Position numbers and translations under genes: made by a program | Shown here: piece after piece, positions 9,271-18,426 of the stretch | Numbering within the stretch: the first letter of the stretch is position 1 | Layout: every line of letters begins with the position of its first letter | The notes under the pieces: generated by a model | What the model was told of the DNA's origin: nothing | Databases searched by the model: none | The model's input: the letters and a program-made list of their open reading frames with translations, nothing else | Virus record (IMG/VR): IMGVR_UViG_3300037466_003065 | Span: 96,001 to 160,000 of that record | Source: a virus | DNA length: 64,000 bases | Reading direction: 5' to 3' (one strand)

Positions 9271-9650
9271 TACTTGTCCTCCTTGAAGTGATCCGCGATC
9301 GCCTTGTGCACCGCGGTTCCCAGTTCGGTGGCGGCCGGACTGACGTTGTATCCGACGATCCGGTCGGACTCCTCGATCATCTTGAGGGCCACATCCATCT
9401 CGGCCGGGTCGATGTCGATCGCCTCGGCCAGCTTCACCCCGTACGACTCAGCGATCTTCGGGTCGAGATCCATCTCCGTGGCGACGTAGATGATGGGGAT
9501 GCCGCGGTCTTTCGCGGCCTGTATCGCCATCATCTGGTAGTGCATGTTGCCGCGAGGCTCAAGAAGTCTTGGCAGGGCGCCGGCGTCGCACATCACCTCC
9601 TTGGGGATGCCGCTGGGGAACAGCCGCTTTAGGTCTTCTGCTGTGGTCAT
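9270..9650 (-). CDS. hypothetical protein
   Basis: 126-aa ORF with AGGAGG RBS. Confidence 0.65.
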   Translation of the reverse strand: MTTAEDLKRLFPSGIPKEVMCDAGALPRLLEPRGNMHYQMMAIQAAKDRGIPIIYVATEMDLDPKIAESYGVKLAEAIDIDPAEMDVALKMIEESDRIVGYNVSPAATELGTAVHKAIADHFKEDK

Positions 9651-9697
9651 CTGATACCTCCTGAAGGGTTATGTCCGCGAGGCGTGTATTGCGTGCG

Positions 9698-10678
9698 TCA
9701 ATCGCGTTGGATTCTTCGTTTCATTCGGGCCGGCCCGTCGTCGATGGGTGGGGGTGCGGGTGGGGCCGAGGGTGTGGGGGTAGCAGCCCGCGACCGGGGC
9801 GGGCTCACAGCCACCCCCACCCCCGTCGCGTCGGTGCCTGTCACTGAATGCCTTGCTGGGTTTTGGGGTAACCGATCGGCCCACACCATCGGCGTCATCA
9901 GCGACACGTTGCCCTGCTGAGTGTGCACCTCCATCGTCCCCTGACACGCACGACAGACCGTGTCGAAGCGGAACGCCTGCCCCTGCTGCATCCGGTAGCG
10001 GTGCGCGATGGCGAGCTGTGGCTCGCGGCAGTGGGGGCAAATGTGGTGCTGGCCGTTGTTGCCGCTTGGGAACGGGCAACCCATCCGGATCTCGCCCGGC
10101 CGCAGGGTCAGCTCACGGTGCTCTCGCTCCAGCCGTCGCCGCGACTCGTCCGGGTCGACGCGGAGCTGCTGCTCGACCTGGGCACGCATCCGCTCCATGA
10201 ACGCCCCGCCCCGCGAGACCGTGTCTTGGGCGTAGAACTGGGTCTGGCGGTCGCCGAGGGATTGGCTGACCGGGGGCAGGTGGCCCTCGATCAGGGTGCG
10301 AGCCCAAGCCGAGACGATCTCGTAGTTGCCGTAACTGCCGGCGCCGAACGTTACCCTGTACTCTTGCCTGCAACGATCGCACGCACCCCAGCATTCCACC
10401 TGCAGCCCGGGCTCGAACTGGAGTTGGCCCTGCCGGCACGCCGGGCACATACCGCGGGTGTTGTTGGCGTACTGTCGGTCTTCTTCGGTGACCGGGATCA
10501 TGGGATTGTCGACCGTCTCGGCCATCGTGTTCCTGTCGCTTATTCCGTAGGCGTCGTACGCCATCAGGGCACCTCTGAGTGCGTCGTCTGCGTGCTGGTC
10601 GGCGATCGGCATCGGGTATGCGTATCGCGACGACGGCTCGTTCGCGATGTTCGCCCGGTGCGTGCTCAAGGGTGGCAT
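9698..10678 (-). CDS. Zn-ribbon-containing hypothetical protein (start uncertain)
   Basis: Pairs CPAC/CDRC and CPHC/CRAC; Pro-rich linker; ends ARMKRRIQRD. Confidence 0.6.
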   Translation of the reverse strand: MPPLSTHRANIANEPSSRYAYPMPIADQHADDALRGALMAYDAYGISDRNTMAETVDNPMIPVTEEDRQYANNTRGMCPACRQGQLQFEPGLQVECWGACDRCRQEYRVTFGAGSYGNYEIVSAWARTLIEGHLPPVSQSLGDRQTQFYAQDTVSRGGAFMERMRAQVEQQLRVDPDESRRRLEREHRELTLRPGEIRMGCPFPSGNNGQHHICPHCREPQLAIAHRYRMQQGQAFRFDTVCRACQGTMEVHTQQGNVSLMTPMVWADRLPQNPARHSVTGTDATGVGVAVSPPRSRAATPTPSAPPAPPPIDDGPARMKRRIQRD

Positions 10679-10737
10679 GAAAGCCCGATACTCCCGCAGG
10701 TGCTCCCGCCACTTGGCCAGCGTTTCGGCGGGCGGGA

Positions 10738-11736
10738 TCAGGCGGCCTCGGGCAGCGGCCGACCCTCCACGATCCGGTTCTTCTGCTTGGCGAGGAGCAC
10801 CCGCAGCATCGGGCCCAGGTCGAAGTTCGCCCAGACGCACTCGACCTTCTTGACCTTGGTCTTGGTCTGGCCCACCTTGCTGTCGATCTCGAACCTGATC
10901 TTCTCGAAGCCCCTGAACCAGGTGTCGTACTCCTCCGAGTTGTAGCCGCTCACCGCGATCAGCGACTGCGGGTTCCGCCGTGCGTCCTCCATGATCAGGT
11001 GGGCCATCTCCTCGTGCTCCTCCCGCGTCATCTCTCGGCGGTACGCCTTTGGCGTGACGCGCTTTGAGGGCAGATAGGGCGGATCGTAATACTTGTAGAG
11101 CCTTTTGCCACGCAGTACGCCGTGGTTCATGATGCGGGGGATCGCCGTCCGGAAGTGGCTGTGCCACAGGTATACTCCTTTCCAGAAGGCAGCCGTTTCG
11201 GTGATTGCGGCCACCACGTTCTCGTACGCGTTGATGTCGCCCGGCTTGCCGCCGCGGGTGCGGGTGCCGATCCCGAAGTCTTCGCCCAGGCCGGCCCGGC
11301 TCATCCTCGACTGGACGAACCAGACCACGGCCAGCTCCATCCGCTTCCGCTTGTCGAACGAGTCGACCACGTCGGGGTCACGGGTGATGCTGGCGTCGGC
11401 CTGTCGGTAGATCTCCTTGGCCGTCCTGAACTGGGACTCCTCGTACGGGATCGCCTCGAGCGCAGACTGCAGGCCCGCCGCGTCCTCCTGAACGCACTGG
11501 AAGAAGTTGTACTTGAACCAGTCGTCGTCGTTATAGATGCGACATGGGACGAAGCTGGCGTTCTGGGTGAGGACGCCGCCCCCGCCGAACGCGTCGAAGA
11601 ACCCGTCGACCGGCGTGCCGGCCAAGGCGGCCTCGACGATGGGGGCGAGCAGGATCTTCCGCTGGTACCACTTGCCCCCCCAAATTTTCGTAAAAGGCCA
11701 TACATTGAGCAGCTTGGCCATCTGTGACTTCTTCAC
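10738..11736 (-). CDS. dam: DNA adenine methyltransferase, Dam/D12 class
   Basis: WGGKW, FDAFGGGGV (motif I), IYNDDD, YYDPPY (motif IV), VSGY. Confidence 0.92.
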   Translation of the reverse strand: MKKSQMAKLLNVWPFTKIWGGKWYQRKILLAPIVEAALAGTPVDGFFDAFGGGGVLTQNASFVPCRIYNDDDWFKYNFFQCVQEDAAGLQSALEAIPYEESQFRTAKEIYRQADASITRDPDVVDSFDKRKRMELAVVWFVQSRMSRAGLGEDFGIGTRTRGGKPGDINAYENVVAAITETAAFWKGVYLWHSHFRTAIPRIMNHGVLRGKRLYKYYDPPYLPSKRVTPKAYRREMTREEHEEMAHLIMEDARRNPQSLIAVSGYNSEEYDTWFRGFEKIRFEIDSKVGQTKTKVKKVECVWANFDLGPMLRVLLAKQKNRIVEGRPLPEAA

Positions 11737-11978
11737 GCCAACACCTCCGGGTGTGCCTTGATCTTCATCTGGAGCGTACGGACGCCGATGCCGAGCGACT
11801 GGGCCGTCTTCGCGCGACGACCGCCGAACACCTGCAGACGCTCGCGGATCGTGTCCAGTTCGAGCTGGGCCAGCGTCGGCCTGTCATCGGCCGGCGGCAG
11901 GGCCACGGACGCCCCGTTCGTCGCGCGACAAGCGACGAGGCGAGGAGTCCGTGGCGAGATGCGGATCACGTTGCTCAT
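11733..11978 (-). CDS. Fis-family helix-turn-helix protein
   Basis: TLAQLELDTIRERLQVFGGRRAKTAQSLGIGVRTLQMKIK matches the Fis/NtrC C-terminal HTH pattern. Confidence 0.75.
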   Translation of the reverse strand: MSNVIRISPRTPRLVACRATNGASVALPPADDRPTLAQLELDTIRERLQVFGGRRAKTAQSLGIGVRTLQMKIKAHPEVLA

Positions 11979-12043
11979 TCCTGTAATCCTTTGATGGTTA
12001 CTTTTGCCAGTCGGCGTGGTGCTGACCGGCTAATGTCGCTGGG

Positions 12044-12071
12044 ATTATAACGGGCGCGTAATTGGATGCAA
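12044..12071 (-). promoter_or_regulatory. sigma70-type promoter
   Basis: Minus strand TTGCAT-N16-TATAAT in an AT-richer intergenic gap upstream of the Fis-like/dam genes. Confidence 0.55.
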
Positions 12072-12088
12072 GCAGTTAATGCGCGGGG

Positions 12089-12454
12089 TTATTTCAAATA
12101 CCGCGCGTCGCACGGCAACCCCTGCACCACGGCGATCTTGGCCGCCATGGCAGCCTTGGCACCCTCCCTGTCCATGCGGAGCAGCTCCTGTGCCTGCTCC
12201 GGGGAGATGGGCCACGCCTCGCAGGCGTAGTCGATCCGGTTGTCGCCGCTCTCGTCGCGGCGGTCACGCTCGATGAGGAGACGGGCCGACACGTACCGCA
12301 GCCCGTCTGCGTTGACGACGACCTTCCGATCATCGTGGTCGAGCTTGCAGAAGAGCTGAGCCTGGTACTCGGGCCAGTCGAGACGCCACAGGTTCTCGCC
12401 GTCCTCGACTCCGTCTTCGTACCAATCACGATGCACGTTGGTAATCTGGAACAT
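12089..12454 (-). CDS. hypothetical protein
   Basis: Start MFQITNV after AAAGGAG. Confidence 0.7.
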   Translation of the reverse strand: MFQITNVHRDWYEDGVEDGENLWRLDWPEYQAQLFCKLDHDDRKVVVNADGLRYVSARLLIERDRRDESGDNRIDYACEAWPISPEQAQELLRMDREGAKAAMAAKIAVVQGLPCDARYLK

Positions 12455-12467
12455 GGGACTCCTTTCG

Positions 12468-13265
12468 TTAGTGGGCGGGGTATACGATGGACACGTCGGG
12501 CATCGCACATGCAGTGCACGCGCCGCATTTGGCCTTGGGCGAGCCGGCCACATTCTTGTAGCGACCGGTCTCCTCCAGGTTCTTGATGGTGGCGTAATAG
12601 CGGCTCGCAACCGCTGGACATACGATCACTTTCTGGCCCGTCTTCTCCGTCCTCAAGCGGGCCACCCGCTTCGCCTCGACCAGCCGTTCCTTGATGCTCA
12701 TGGTGCGGTCGCCCGCCACGTAGCTGACGGCGCCGGCGGCGTACAGGAACCGCCGCAGGGTCTGGGCCGACTCCCGCACGACGACCCGCCACTTCAGGAC
12801 GCGGCGGTAGAAGCGGGCCTTGCTCGGCGACTCGACCGGGAAGTGGACGGGCACGCCCTTCTCGTCGAGGAGCTCGGTCAGCTCCCGGAGGTTGTCGACG
12901 AACTCGGGCGTCGCGTCCTGGGGCTTGGGCAGGCTGCCGTTGGTGCTGAACCGGAACCAGGGGATCGGCTTTCGCCGGCGACGCACCTCGTCGGTCGCCT
13001 TGGCCACGACGGCTGCAGGATCCGACCGCTCGTGCCGGGCCAGCTTTTGCCTCAGTTCGACCCGGTCGAACCGCTGCTCGGTGTTGTAGGCGTAGCACCG
13101 GACGTCCTTGTCGCCGTCGACGTTCTGCGGGTGGTAGCGGCAGGACATGTCGCAGTTCTTGCCGCCGGACTCTCCGAAGTTGAGCGAGGCCGACCCCTCG
13201 ACCCCCTTGTCGAACGACCCGAGGACGGGCGCAGTGCTCTCGATGACGGTCAGTGCGATCTTCAT
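12468..13265 (-). CDS. GP88-like Cys-rich phage protein (possible Fe-S/radical-SAM-like)
   Basis: NCDMSC...CYA, WFRFSTNGS, CPA, CGACTAC, ending IVYPAH. Confidence 0.6.
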   Translation of the reverse strand: MKIALTVIESTAPVLGSFDKGVEGSASLNFGESGGKNCDMSCRYHPQNVDGDKDVRCYAYNTEQRFDRVELRQKLARHERSDPAAVVAKATDEVRRRRKPIPWFRFSTNGSLPKPQDATPEFVDNLRELTELLDEKGVPVHFPVESPSKARFYRRVLKWRVVVRESAQTLRRFLYAAGAVSYVAGDRTMSIKERLVEAKRVARLRTEKTGQKVIVCPAVASRYYATIKNLEETGRYKNVAGSPKAKCGACTACAMPDVSIVYPAH

Positions 13266-13283
13266 GATGTCTCCTTGAAAGAA

Positions 13284-13310
13284 GAGGCCCCGCCGAACGG
13301 GCGGGGCCTC
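13284..13310 (-). terminator. intrinsic terminator
   Basis: 11-bp stem GAGGCCCCGCC / GGCGGGGCCTC followed by UUCUUU on minus. Confidence 0.8.
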
Positions 13311-13340
13311 GTGAACCTCTGCGACGTAGTAGGGCTACGT

Positions 13341-13541
13341 TTACTTCAGATGAGCGTACGGGTGTCGGGGGCAGTCGTCCTTGTGGATCTGGGGCGGCTT
13401 ACCGTCGAGGCGGAACGCCCCGCAGTGCGGACACTTGTTGGGCATGCCCTGCAGGGACACGACCTCGACGGCATTCTTGAGGTCTACTGTGGATCGCTCA
13501 ATCAGATCCAGATCTTCAGAAGGAATCGGGCTCGAACTCAT
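13341..13541 (-). CDS. small Zn-finger hypothetical protein
   Basis: CPHCG...H..DC motif. Confidence 0.45.
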   Translation of the reverse strand: MSSSPIPSEDLDLIERSTVDLKNAVEVVSLQGMPNKCPHCGAFRLDGKPPQIHKDDCPRHPYAHLK

Positions 13542-13728
13542 CTCGTTTCACCTCGATCGTGTCGCCAGCCTCCAGGCAGGCCGTGTCCTCCAGCAATTCT
13601 ACCTCCAGCGTGTCGTCGTAGGGTTGGGAGTCGCTCACCAACCTCGCCTTCGCACTGGTGATGTTGCCGGAGGACACGGTGCCCTCGAGGCCCGCAGACC
13701 ACGTGTCCATGGGGCCGCGTCCGATCAT
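13516..13728 (-). CDS. small acidic hypothetical protein
   Basis: The ATG overlaps the upstream stop. Confidence 0.5.
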   Translation of the reverse strand: MIGRGPMDTWSAGLEGTVSSGNITSAKARLVSDSQPYDDTLEVELLEDTACLEAGDTIEVKRDEFEPDSF

Positions 13729-15113
13729 GCCGGGTTACCTCCGAGGGATTTGACGACCACCCCGAGGGCGCCGATCGCATTGTTGATCACGGCATCCTTG
13801 GCGGTCACCAACTGCTGGTAGCCGGCGATTGTCTTGGCCTGCTCGGTGAGCTGGGTCGCCAAGCCGTCGATCTGTTGCCGGGCTTTCGTGATCGCTGCGG
13901 TCGCCTCGTCGATCGCACCTTTCTGGCTGGCAATCGTGGCCTGAGACGCCGTGAGCTGGGCGGTCAGGTCGGCGATCTTCTGCAGGTTCGGATCGACGGG
14001 GGCCGGCGCCGCCTCGACGTACGGGTGCGACCCGGCGTACGTGATCGCCGGCGCCGTCGCTCCGCTCAGGTCGAGGCTGACGACCAGCGTCTCGTCGCCG
14101 AGCGTCCACGTGTGCACCTCGGTGGTCGGGAAGACCATCGTCCCCTTGTTCGTGTCGTTCTGGAATTTGGGGGTCTGCACCATCGTGTGCGACCCGGTGG
14201 CGATCAGTTTCTGGTGCCAGAGGATGAAGGCGTTGTCCTTCTTCATCTGGGCCTCGTTCTCCGGCGACACGTTCTCATACTTGAACGTGCGGTCGTTGCC
14301 GCCACCGATCCGCTGCGGGAAGTAGATGATCTGCCGCCCGCCGTGGCCGAGCACCATCCACACGAGCGTGCTCTGCTCGTTCGGGGTGGGCCCACGGTAG
14401 GGGCCGCCGTTCTCGACGCCGTCGAGCACCTGGTCGGAGCACTCGACGTAGGCGCCGACCGCGTTGGCCTTGTCCCACGCGTTGAGGCGGTCGAAGGCCA
14501 CCATCAAGTAGTACAGGGGCCACGCGGTGCCGCGGGCGTTGCGGGCGTACAGGTCGGCCGTCGACACGTCGGACGCGTCGAGGTACGCCTGGTGCTGGGC
14601 GCCGTTGCCGTAGTACGCGTTGATCAGGTTCTGGCCGTTCAGGTTGATGCTGATCGGCACGTTGGGGGCGAGGGCCTTCCACCGCTGGTAGCGATCCGCC
14701 GCGACGCTGGCGAGCGTCCAGCCGACCATGCTCGGGTGCGGGGCGGCCACGGCGCCTGGCACGCTGGGGGCGACGGCCGCCGGGAAGTAGATCTGCTTGG
14801 CCAAGTCGGCGTCGGACACCTTGCCCCGCTGGCCGTCGAGGCGGTTCAGGTCGGGCTCGTCGGGCTGCCCGACCGAGATCAGGTAGGGGTCGGTCGCGAG
14901 ATCGGCGGGCCAACCTTGGGCGTCCAGTGCGTCGCCCTGAATCACGTAGAAGAGGCCGGCGGCCTGGGCGGCGGCACGCCACGCCGCAACCGTCACCGAC
15001 TTCTGGGGGCCGCTGTCGTACCGGTGCAATGCGTTGCAGCCCATCGACTTGATCCAGTCGAACGTGCCGGGATGCTGGGCGTCCATCCCGATGAGGATCA
15101 GAGGCTTGTCCAT
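13725..15113 (-). CDS. putative glycoside-hydrolase-like (TIM-barrel) protein with C-terminal coiled coil
   Basis: 462 aa; QPDEPD, ADLY, AYVEC, VLGHGGRQIIYF pattern resembling GH-like barrels; heptad-rich C-terminus; AAGGAGAG RBS. Confidence 0.55.
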   Translation of the reverse strand: MDKPLILIGMDAQHPGTFDWIKSMGCNALHRYDSGPQKSVTVAAWRAAAQAAGLFYVIQGDALDAQGWPADLATDPYLISVGQPDEPDLNRLDGQRGKVSDADLAKQIYFPAAVAPSVPGAVAAPHPSMVGWTLASVAADRYQRWKALAPNVPISINLNGQNLINAYYGNGAQHQAYLDASDVSTADLYARNARGTAWPLYYLMVAFDRLNAWDKANAVGAYVECSDQVLDGVENGGPYRGPTPNEQSTLVWMVLGHGGRQIIYFPQRIGGGNDRTFKYENVSPENEAQMKKDNAFILWHQKLIATGSHTMVQTPKFQNDTNKGTMVFPTTEVHTWTLGDETLVVSLDLSGATAPAITYAGSHPYVEAAPAPVDPNLQKIADLTAQLTASQATIASQKGAIDEATAAITKARQQIDGLATQLTEQAKTIAGYQQLVTAKDAVINNAIGALGVVVKSLGGNPA

Positions 15114-15181
15114 TCGATGCTCTCCTTGAAAGGGTGTAATTGTACCTATCGGCCTTCAGGCGGCGGGGTCTTTCGTGATGG

Positions 15182-15403
15182 TCATGATACCTCTTGAAGT
15201 TCTGATCGTTGGAACCACCACCCGCCGTACAAATGGTCGTCCCTGGGGAAGCAGTCGACGGTGACGAAGTACAAAACAAGGGGAGGTGCCCCGGCGAGGG
15301 GCACCTCCCTGACTTGCTCGATCGTCCCCGTCTCGTCCTGGTAGCACCCGGCGGTGTAGCTGGCGCCATCGTGGACGATGCGGACGCGATCGTTGGGCTT
15401 CAC
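15182..15403 (-). CDS. small SH3/KOW-like hypothetical protein
   Basis: GTG start MKPNDRVRIV...GTIEQV overlaps the upstream stop. Confidence 0.55.
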   Translation of the reverse strand: MKPNDRVRIVHDGASYTAGCYQDETGTIEQVREVPLAGAPPLVLYFVTVDCFPRDDHLYGGWWFQRSELQEVS

Positions 15404-15735
15404 GGCTTGATCTCGATCTTCTCGCCGTTCCGCATCCGCTCCATGTCCTCCGTCGAGATCTGGATGAGGCCATGGTCGTCCATCCACCGCTCGGCGCGGT
15501 CGCGGCTGCCGAAGCGGATGTGCGAGTTGTCCTTGTCCCGCGTGTCGAAGAACTCGACCTTGAAGATCAGGCCCCGGGCGAACGCCTCGGCGTCCTGATC
15601 CTTGTCCGTCGCGTCCAGCTCGAGCATGACGCACGGGTAATACTTCTTGTGCGACGCGGGGTCGGTGTAAACCTCCGGGTTGTTGTACGGGTACGGGGGC
15701 GGCGTGTTGTCCTTCGGGTTCTTACTGCCTGCCAT
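15400..15735 (-). CDS. hypothetical protein
   Basis: 111 aa; AGGAGG RBS. Confidence 0.7.
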   Translation of the reverse strand: MAGSKNPKDNTPPPYPYNNPEVYTDPASHKKYYPCVMLELDATDKDQDAEAFARGLIFKVEFFDTRDKDNSHIRFGSRDRAERWMDDHGLIQISTEDMERMRNGEKIEIKP

Positions 15736-16210
15736 GTTGCCTCCTGCTGAAGAGTTTGAGGTTGCCGAACGTATTGCGGGCGTTGGAAGCCAGGTGGGTC
15801 ATCTGCATCGCGGCCCCACTGCCCGTGCCCAGTTGGCCGGCGGCGGACTCGATCGCGGCTACTACGCCTTCCGCGTTCAAGGATCCGTCCGCCCTGAGCA
15901 AGTCGCCTTCTCGACAGGTCTCCTGGTAACGTTCGTGGACGGTGAGCTGCTTGGACAGGCCGTCGACCGTCGCCGCGACGATCGAATCCATTTGCCGCTC
16001 ACTATAATGCTCGCTGATTAACGATTCCAGCACTTCTTTTAGCACCGGGGTTAGGGCCTCGGTGATGGTTCCGATTAGTCTTTGATCTCGGCTGGGTTCC
16101 ATACTCCTTTCTTCGGCGAGTCTTGCCAGTGATGTCACCGACAAAAGACTGGCCCCCGGAGTCCCGAGGGCCAGTCCTTGTCGATAAGTTGTTCCGGTTA
16201 CATTACGCAC
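15722..16210 (-). CDS. hypothetical protein (start uncertain)
   Basis: Fills the gap between neighbours; lower GC. Confidence 0.4.
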   Translation of the reverse strand: MRNVTGTTYRQGLALGTPGASLLSVTSLARLAEERSMEPSRDQRLIGTITEALTPVLKEVLESLISEHYSERQMDSIVAATVDGLSKQLTVHERYQETCREGDLLRADGSLNAEGVVAAIESAAGQLGTGSGAAMQMTHLASNARNTFGNLKLFSRRQHGRQ

Positions 16211-16580
16211 CCATGCGACGCTCGGCGGCGTACTCGAGCTGGGTGAGGTGCTCCTGTCTCAGGTGCTCGCACCACTTCTCGTAGTGCTCCCGCTGCTCCG
16301 GGGTCATGGCGGCCTCCACGATCTCCAGCTCGACCCGCTGGCCGTCGCAGGTACGGCAGGGCACGTCGTAGTTGCCCCGCAGGAGGTCTTCCTTGAAGTC
16401 AGGATCCTCGTTCAGCTCGTCCGACGTGAAGCCATTGCTGAACGCGGCGGGCCACTGCACGCCAGAGCCGTGACACGTGCCGCAGACCTTGTACTCGGCC
16501 GGCAGCGACGCCGTCACTTCGAGGATCATGTCCTCGTTGTCCGGGTCGCTGGTGACGTAGGTAATTTCCTTCATGGGCAT
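16203..16580 (-). CDS. DnaJ-type Zn-finger phage protein
   Basis: CGTCHGSG...CRTCDG; ends AERRMGA; GGAGG RBS. Confidence 0.75.
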   Translation of the reverse strand: MPMKEITYVTSDPDNEDMILEVTASLPAEYKVCGTCHGSGVQWPAAFSNGFTSDELNEDPDFKEDLLRGNYDVPCRTCDGQRVELEIVEAAMTPEQREHYEKWCEHLRQEHLTQLEYAAERRMGA

Positions 16581-16866
16581 GGCGACCTCCCAGAACGTTG
16601 GTGTTGATCCAGTCCTCTTCGGCCTGCAGGGCCTCGGCGCGGCTCAGGAAGCCCGTCAGCTTCGGCCCACCGCTCGGGGCCATGTCGGCGTACCACCGGA
16701 CGCCGTCCGGCGTACTGTAGGGCTCCACGTGGCTCGCCCGCTCGACCTTGGCGTCCGGACTGAGGATCTTGGCGGCGAGCGCGTCGTCGTGGAGGAAGGT
16801 CATCTCCCCGCTACGACTGACGGAGATGATTTTGATTCGCTTCGGCGACGGGCTGGTTGTATTCAT
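16399..16866 (-). CDS. conserved hypothetical protein of the DUF2997/DUF1257 neighbourhood
   Basis: ASHVEP...WYADMAPSGGPKL.GF..R.EAL.AE..W motif. The frame continues ~60 codons into the next gene. Confidence 0.6.
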   Translation of the reverse strand: MNTTSPSPKRIKIISVSRSGEMTFLHDDALAAKILSPDAKVERASHVEPYSTPDGVRWYADMAPSGGPKLTGFLSRAEALQAEEDWINTNVLGGRHAHEGNYLRHQRPGQRGHDPRSDGVAAGRVQGLRHVSRLWRAVARRVQQWLHVGRAERGS

Positions 16867-17014
16867 CGGTGAGCTCCTCGGTGATGACGGCGCCGCCCAT
16901 GGCGACGGTAAGGGGTTCGGTCAGCGCGGTGCAGCTCGGGCCGGCGACGCCCTCGACCTCGGTCAGGACGGGCTGGGTGCGGTCGCGGGCAACACTAACA
17001 CGGATCTCTGCCAT
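16811..17014 (-). CDS. DUF2997-like protein
   Basis: EVEGVAGPSCTALTEPL..AMG...EELTDEY; start MAEIRV after AGGAG. Confidence 0.75.
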   Translation of the reverse strand: MAEIRVSVARDRTQPVLTEVEGVAGPSCTALTEPLTVAMGGAVITEELTDEYNQPVAEANQNHLRQS

Positions 17015-17052
17015 CGGAATCTCCTGTTGGGGGTGTTGGTTGTGGGGAATGG

Positions 17053-17427
17053 TTACTGGACGGCGACTACCTGCATCACGCCGTTTTCGGCGGCGCGACG
17101 CTCGACCCGCCAGCCCTGCGGGCCGTACAGTTCCGTCATGGCCGCCTCGGCGAGCTGGAGGCGGTACTCCTGGACGAACGCGTCGAGCTCGTCCTCGGCA
17201 CCCCACTTCCCCTCGTAGTTGTCGTACTGGACGTTGCCGGTCGCGAAGTTGATCGCGACCGGGTAGCTCCAGTCCTTGAGGTAGAGGGCGGCGTCGGCAC
17301 TGACGGTTTCGCTGTACAGCTCGACCTTCTGCGGCTTGATGTCGATCCGCACGCCGCGGGCCTTGGCCGTGCTTTCGAGCAGCGTGACGTTGTTCATGCC
17401 GGGTGTCTGCGTGACCTTGTGGGACAT
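17053..17427 (-). CDS. DUF1257/Ycf35-like protein
   Basis: MSH start, W.YPVAIN..TG.VQYDNYEGKWG, QEY. Confidence 0.75.
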   Translation of the reverse strand: MSHKVTQTPGMNNVTLLESTAKARGVRIDIKPQKVELYSETVSADAALYLKDWSYPVAINFATGNVQYDNYEGKWGAEDELDAFVQEYRLQLAEAAMTELYGPQGWRVERRAAENGVMQVVAVQ

Positions 17428-17455
17428 TGACTGCCTCCTTGAAGGCTATGGGGTG

Positions 17456-17893
17456 TTACTGGGCGGTCGCCTTGCGCGACGACCGCAACGTGTACCGGCC
17501 GTTCCGCTTGTGCTTCGGGTCGGCACGGCGGAACAGGTCGGAGTGCTCCTTGATCGCCTGCCCTACCACCTTGCCGAACGCGTTCGACTTCGTGGGGTAG
17601 CCGGCGTTGATCGCGGCGTTGGCCATCTCGTCGATCGTCATCGGCCGCTTGGCCGTTTGCTGGATCCGGACGAGCAGGTTGTGCAGCCGTTCGCCGTCCG
17701 CAGCCCTGACCAGGGTGACCTGTTCGGGGAGCGGGTCGCCGAGCGGCGATTTGGTGATCGCCGCGATCTGGTTATCAATGACGTGCATTTCCTGGGTGAG
17801 TGCCTCCCTCCTCTCGGCGAGCGCGGTGACCTGGTTGACCTTGTCGGCCGCGATCTTCACGAGGGCCATTGGGTTCTCTACGACAGCTTCCAT
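17456..17893 (-). CDS. coiled-coil plus winged-HTH protein
   Basis: N-terminal coiled coil, then PMTIDEMANAAINAGY...VGQAI...FRR...GRYTL. Confidence 0.6.
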   Translation of the reverse strand: MEAVVENPMALVKIAADKVNQVTALAERREALTQEMHVIDNQIAAITKSPLGDPLPEQVTLVRAADGERLHNLLVRIQQTAKRPMTIDEMANAAINAGYPTKSNAFGKVVGQAIKEHSDLFRRADPKHKRNGRYTLRSSRKATAQ

Positions 17894-17984
17894 TGTGATT
17901 CTCCGAATCCGGCCCGCGAATGTGGTAGCCGCCCCGGGCCGTTGGGTAGGCCGGAGGGCAGTATACCAGATCCGGGGCCCGCGA

Positions 17985-18353
17985 CTACGCCTGTGTGGCC
18001 GATGGCTTCTTCGTGTAGAGCTGCTCGAACATCTCGTCGCCCCCGCCGTGCTGGTGGTGCCAGCATGACCAGCGGAACTGCCGACGCTCGTTCAGGTCGA
18101 CGAACTTGTCCATGGCGTCGTAGAAGGCGCCGACGTTGCCCCTCTTGGCGGCCTTGATGTCGGTGTAAATCTTCTTCTCACTGGCGTTGCACAGAGACGG
18201 GTCGCCCAGCTCGGACTCCATGAACTCGATGCCGTCCGCGACCAACTCCTCCATGGTGGCGTGCGTCGTGATGCGGATGCCGCTGTGGTAGGCGACCTTG
18301 TCGTCGGTGACAATGACGAGGACGAAGTCTCGCTGCCTATTCTGCTCGCTCAT
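17985..18353 (-). CDS. hypothetical protein
   Basis: 122 aa; AGGAG RBS. Confidence 0.7.
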   Translation of the reverse strand: MSEQNRQRDFVLVIVTDDKVAYHSGIRITTHATMEELVADGIEFMESELGDPSLCNASEKKIYTDIKAAKRGNVGAFYDAMDKFVDLNERRQFRWSCWHHQHGGGDEMFEQLYTKKPSATQA

Positions 18354-18373
18354 GCTGGCTCCTGAAAAGTGAT

Positions 18374-18402
18374 GGGCCCGGCTGGGGTTGCCAGCCGGGC
18401 CC
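18374..18402 (-). terminator. intrinsic terminator-like hairpin
   Basis: 12-bp perfect stem GGGCCCGGCTGG / CCAGCCGGGCCC followed by AUCACUUUU on minus. Confidence 0.7.
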
Positions 18403-18426
18403 GGGTCGAAAGAGTAGATGTGGGGG

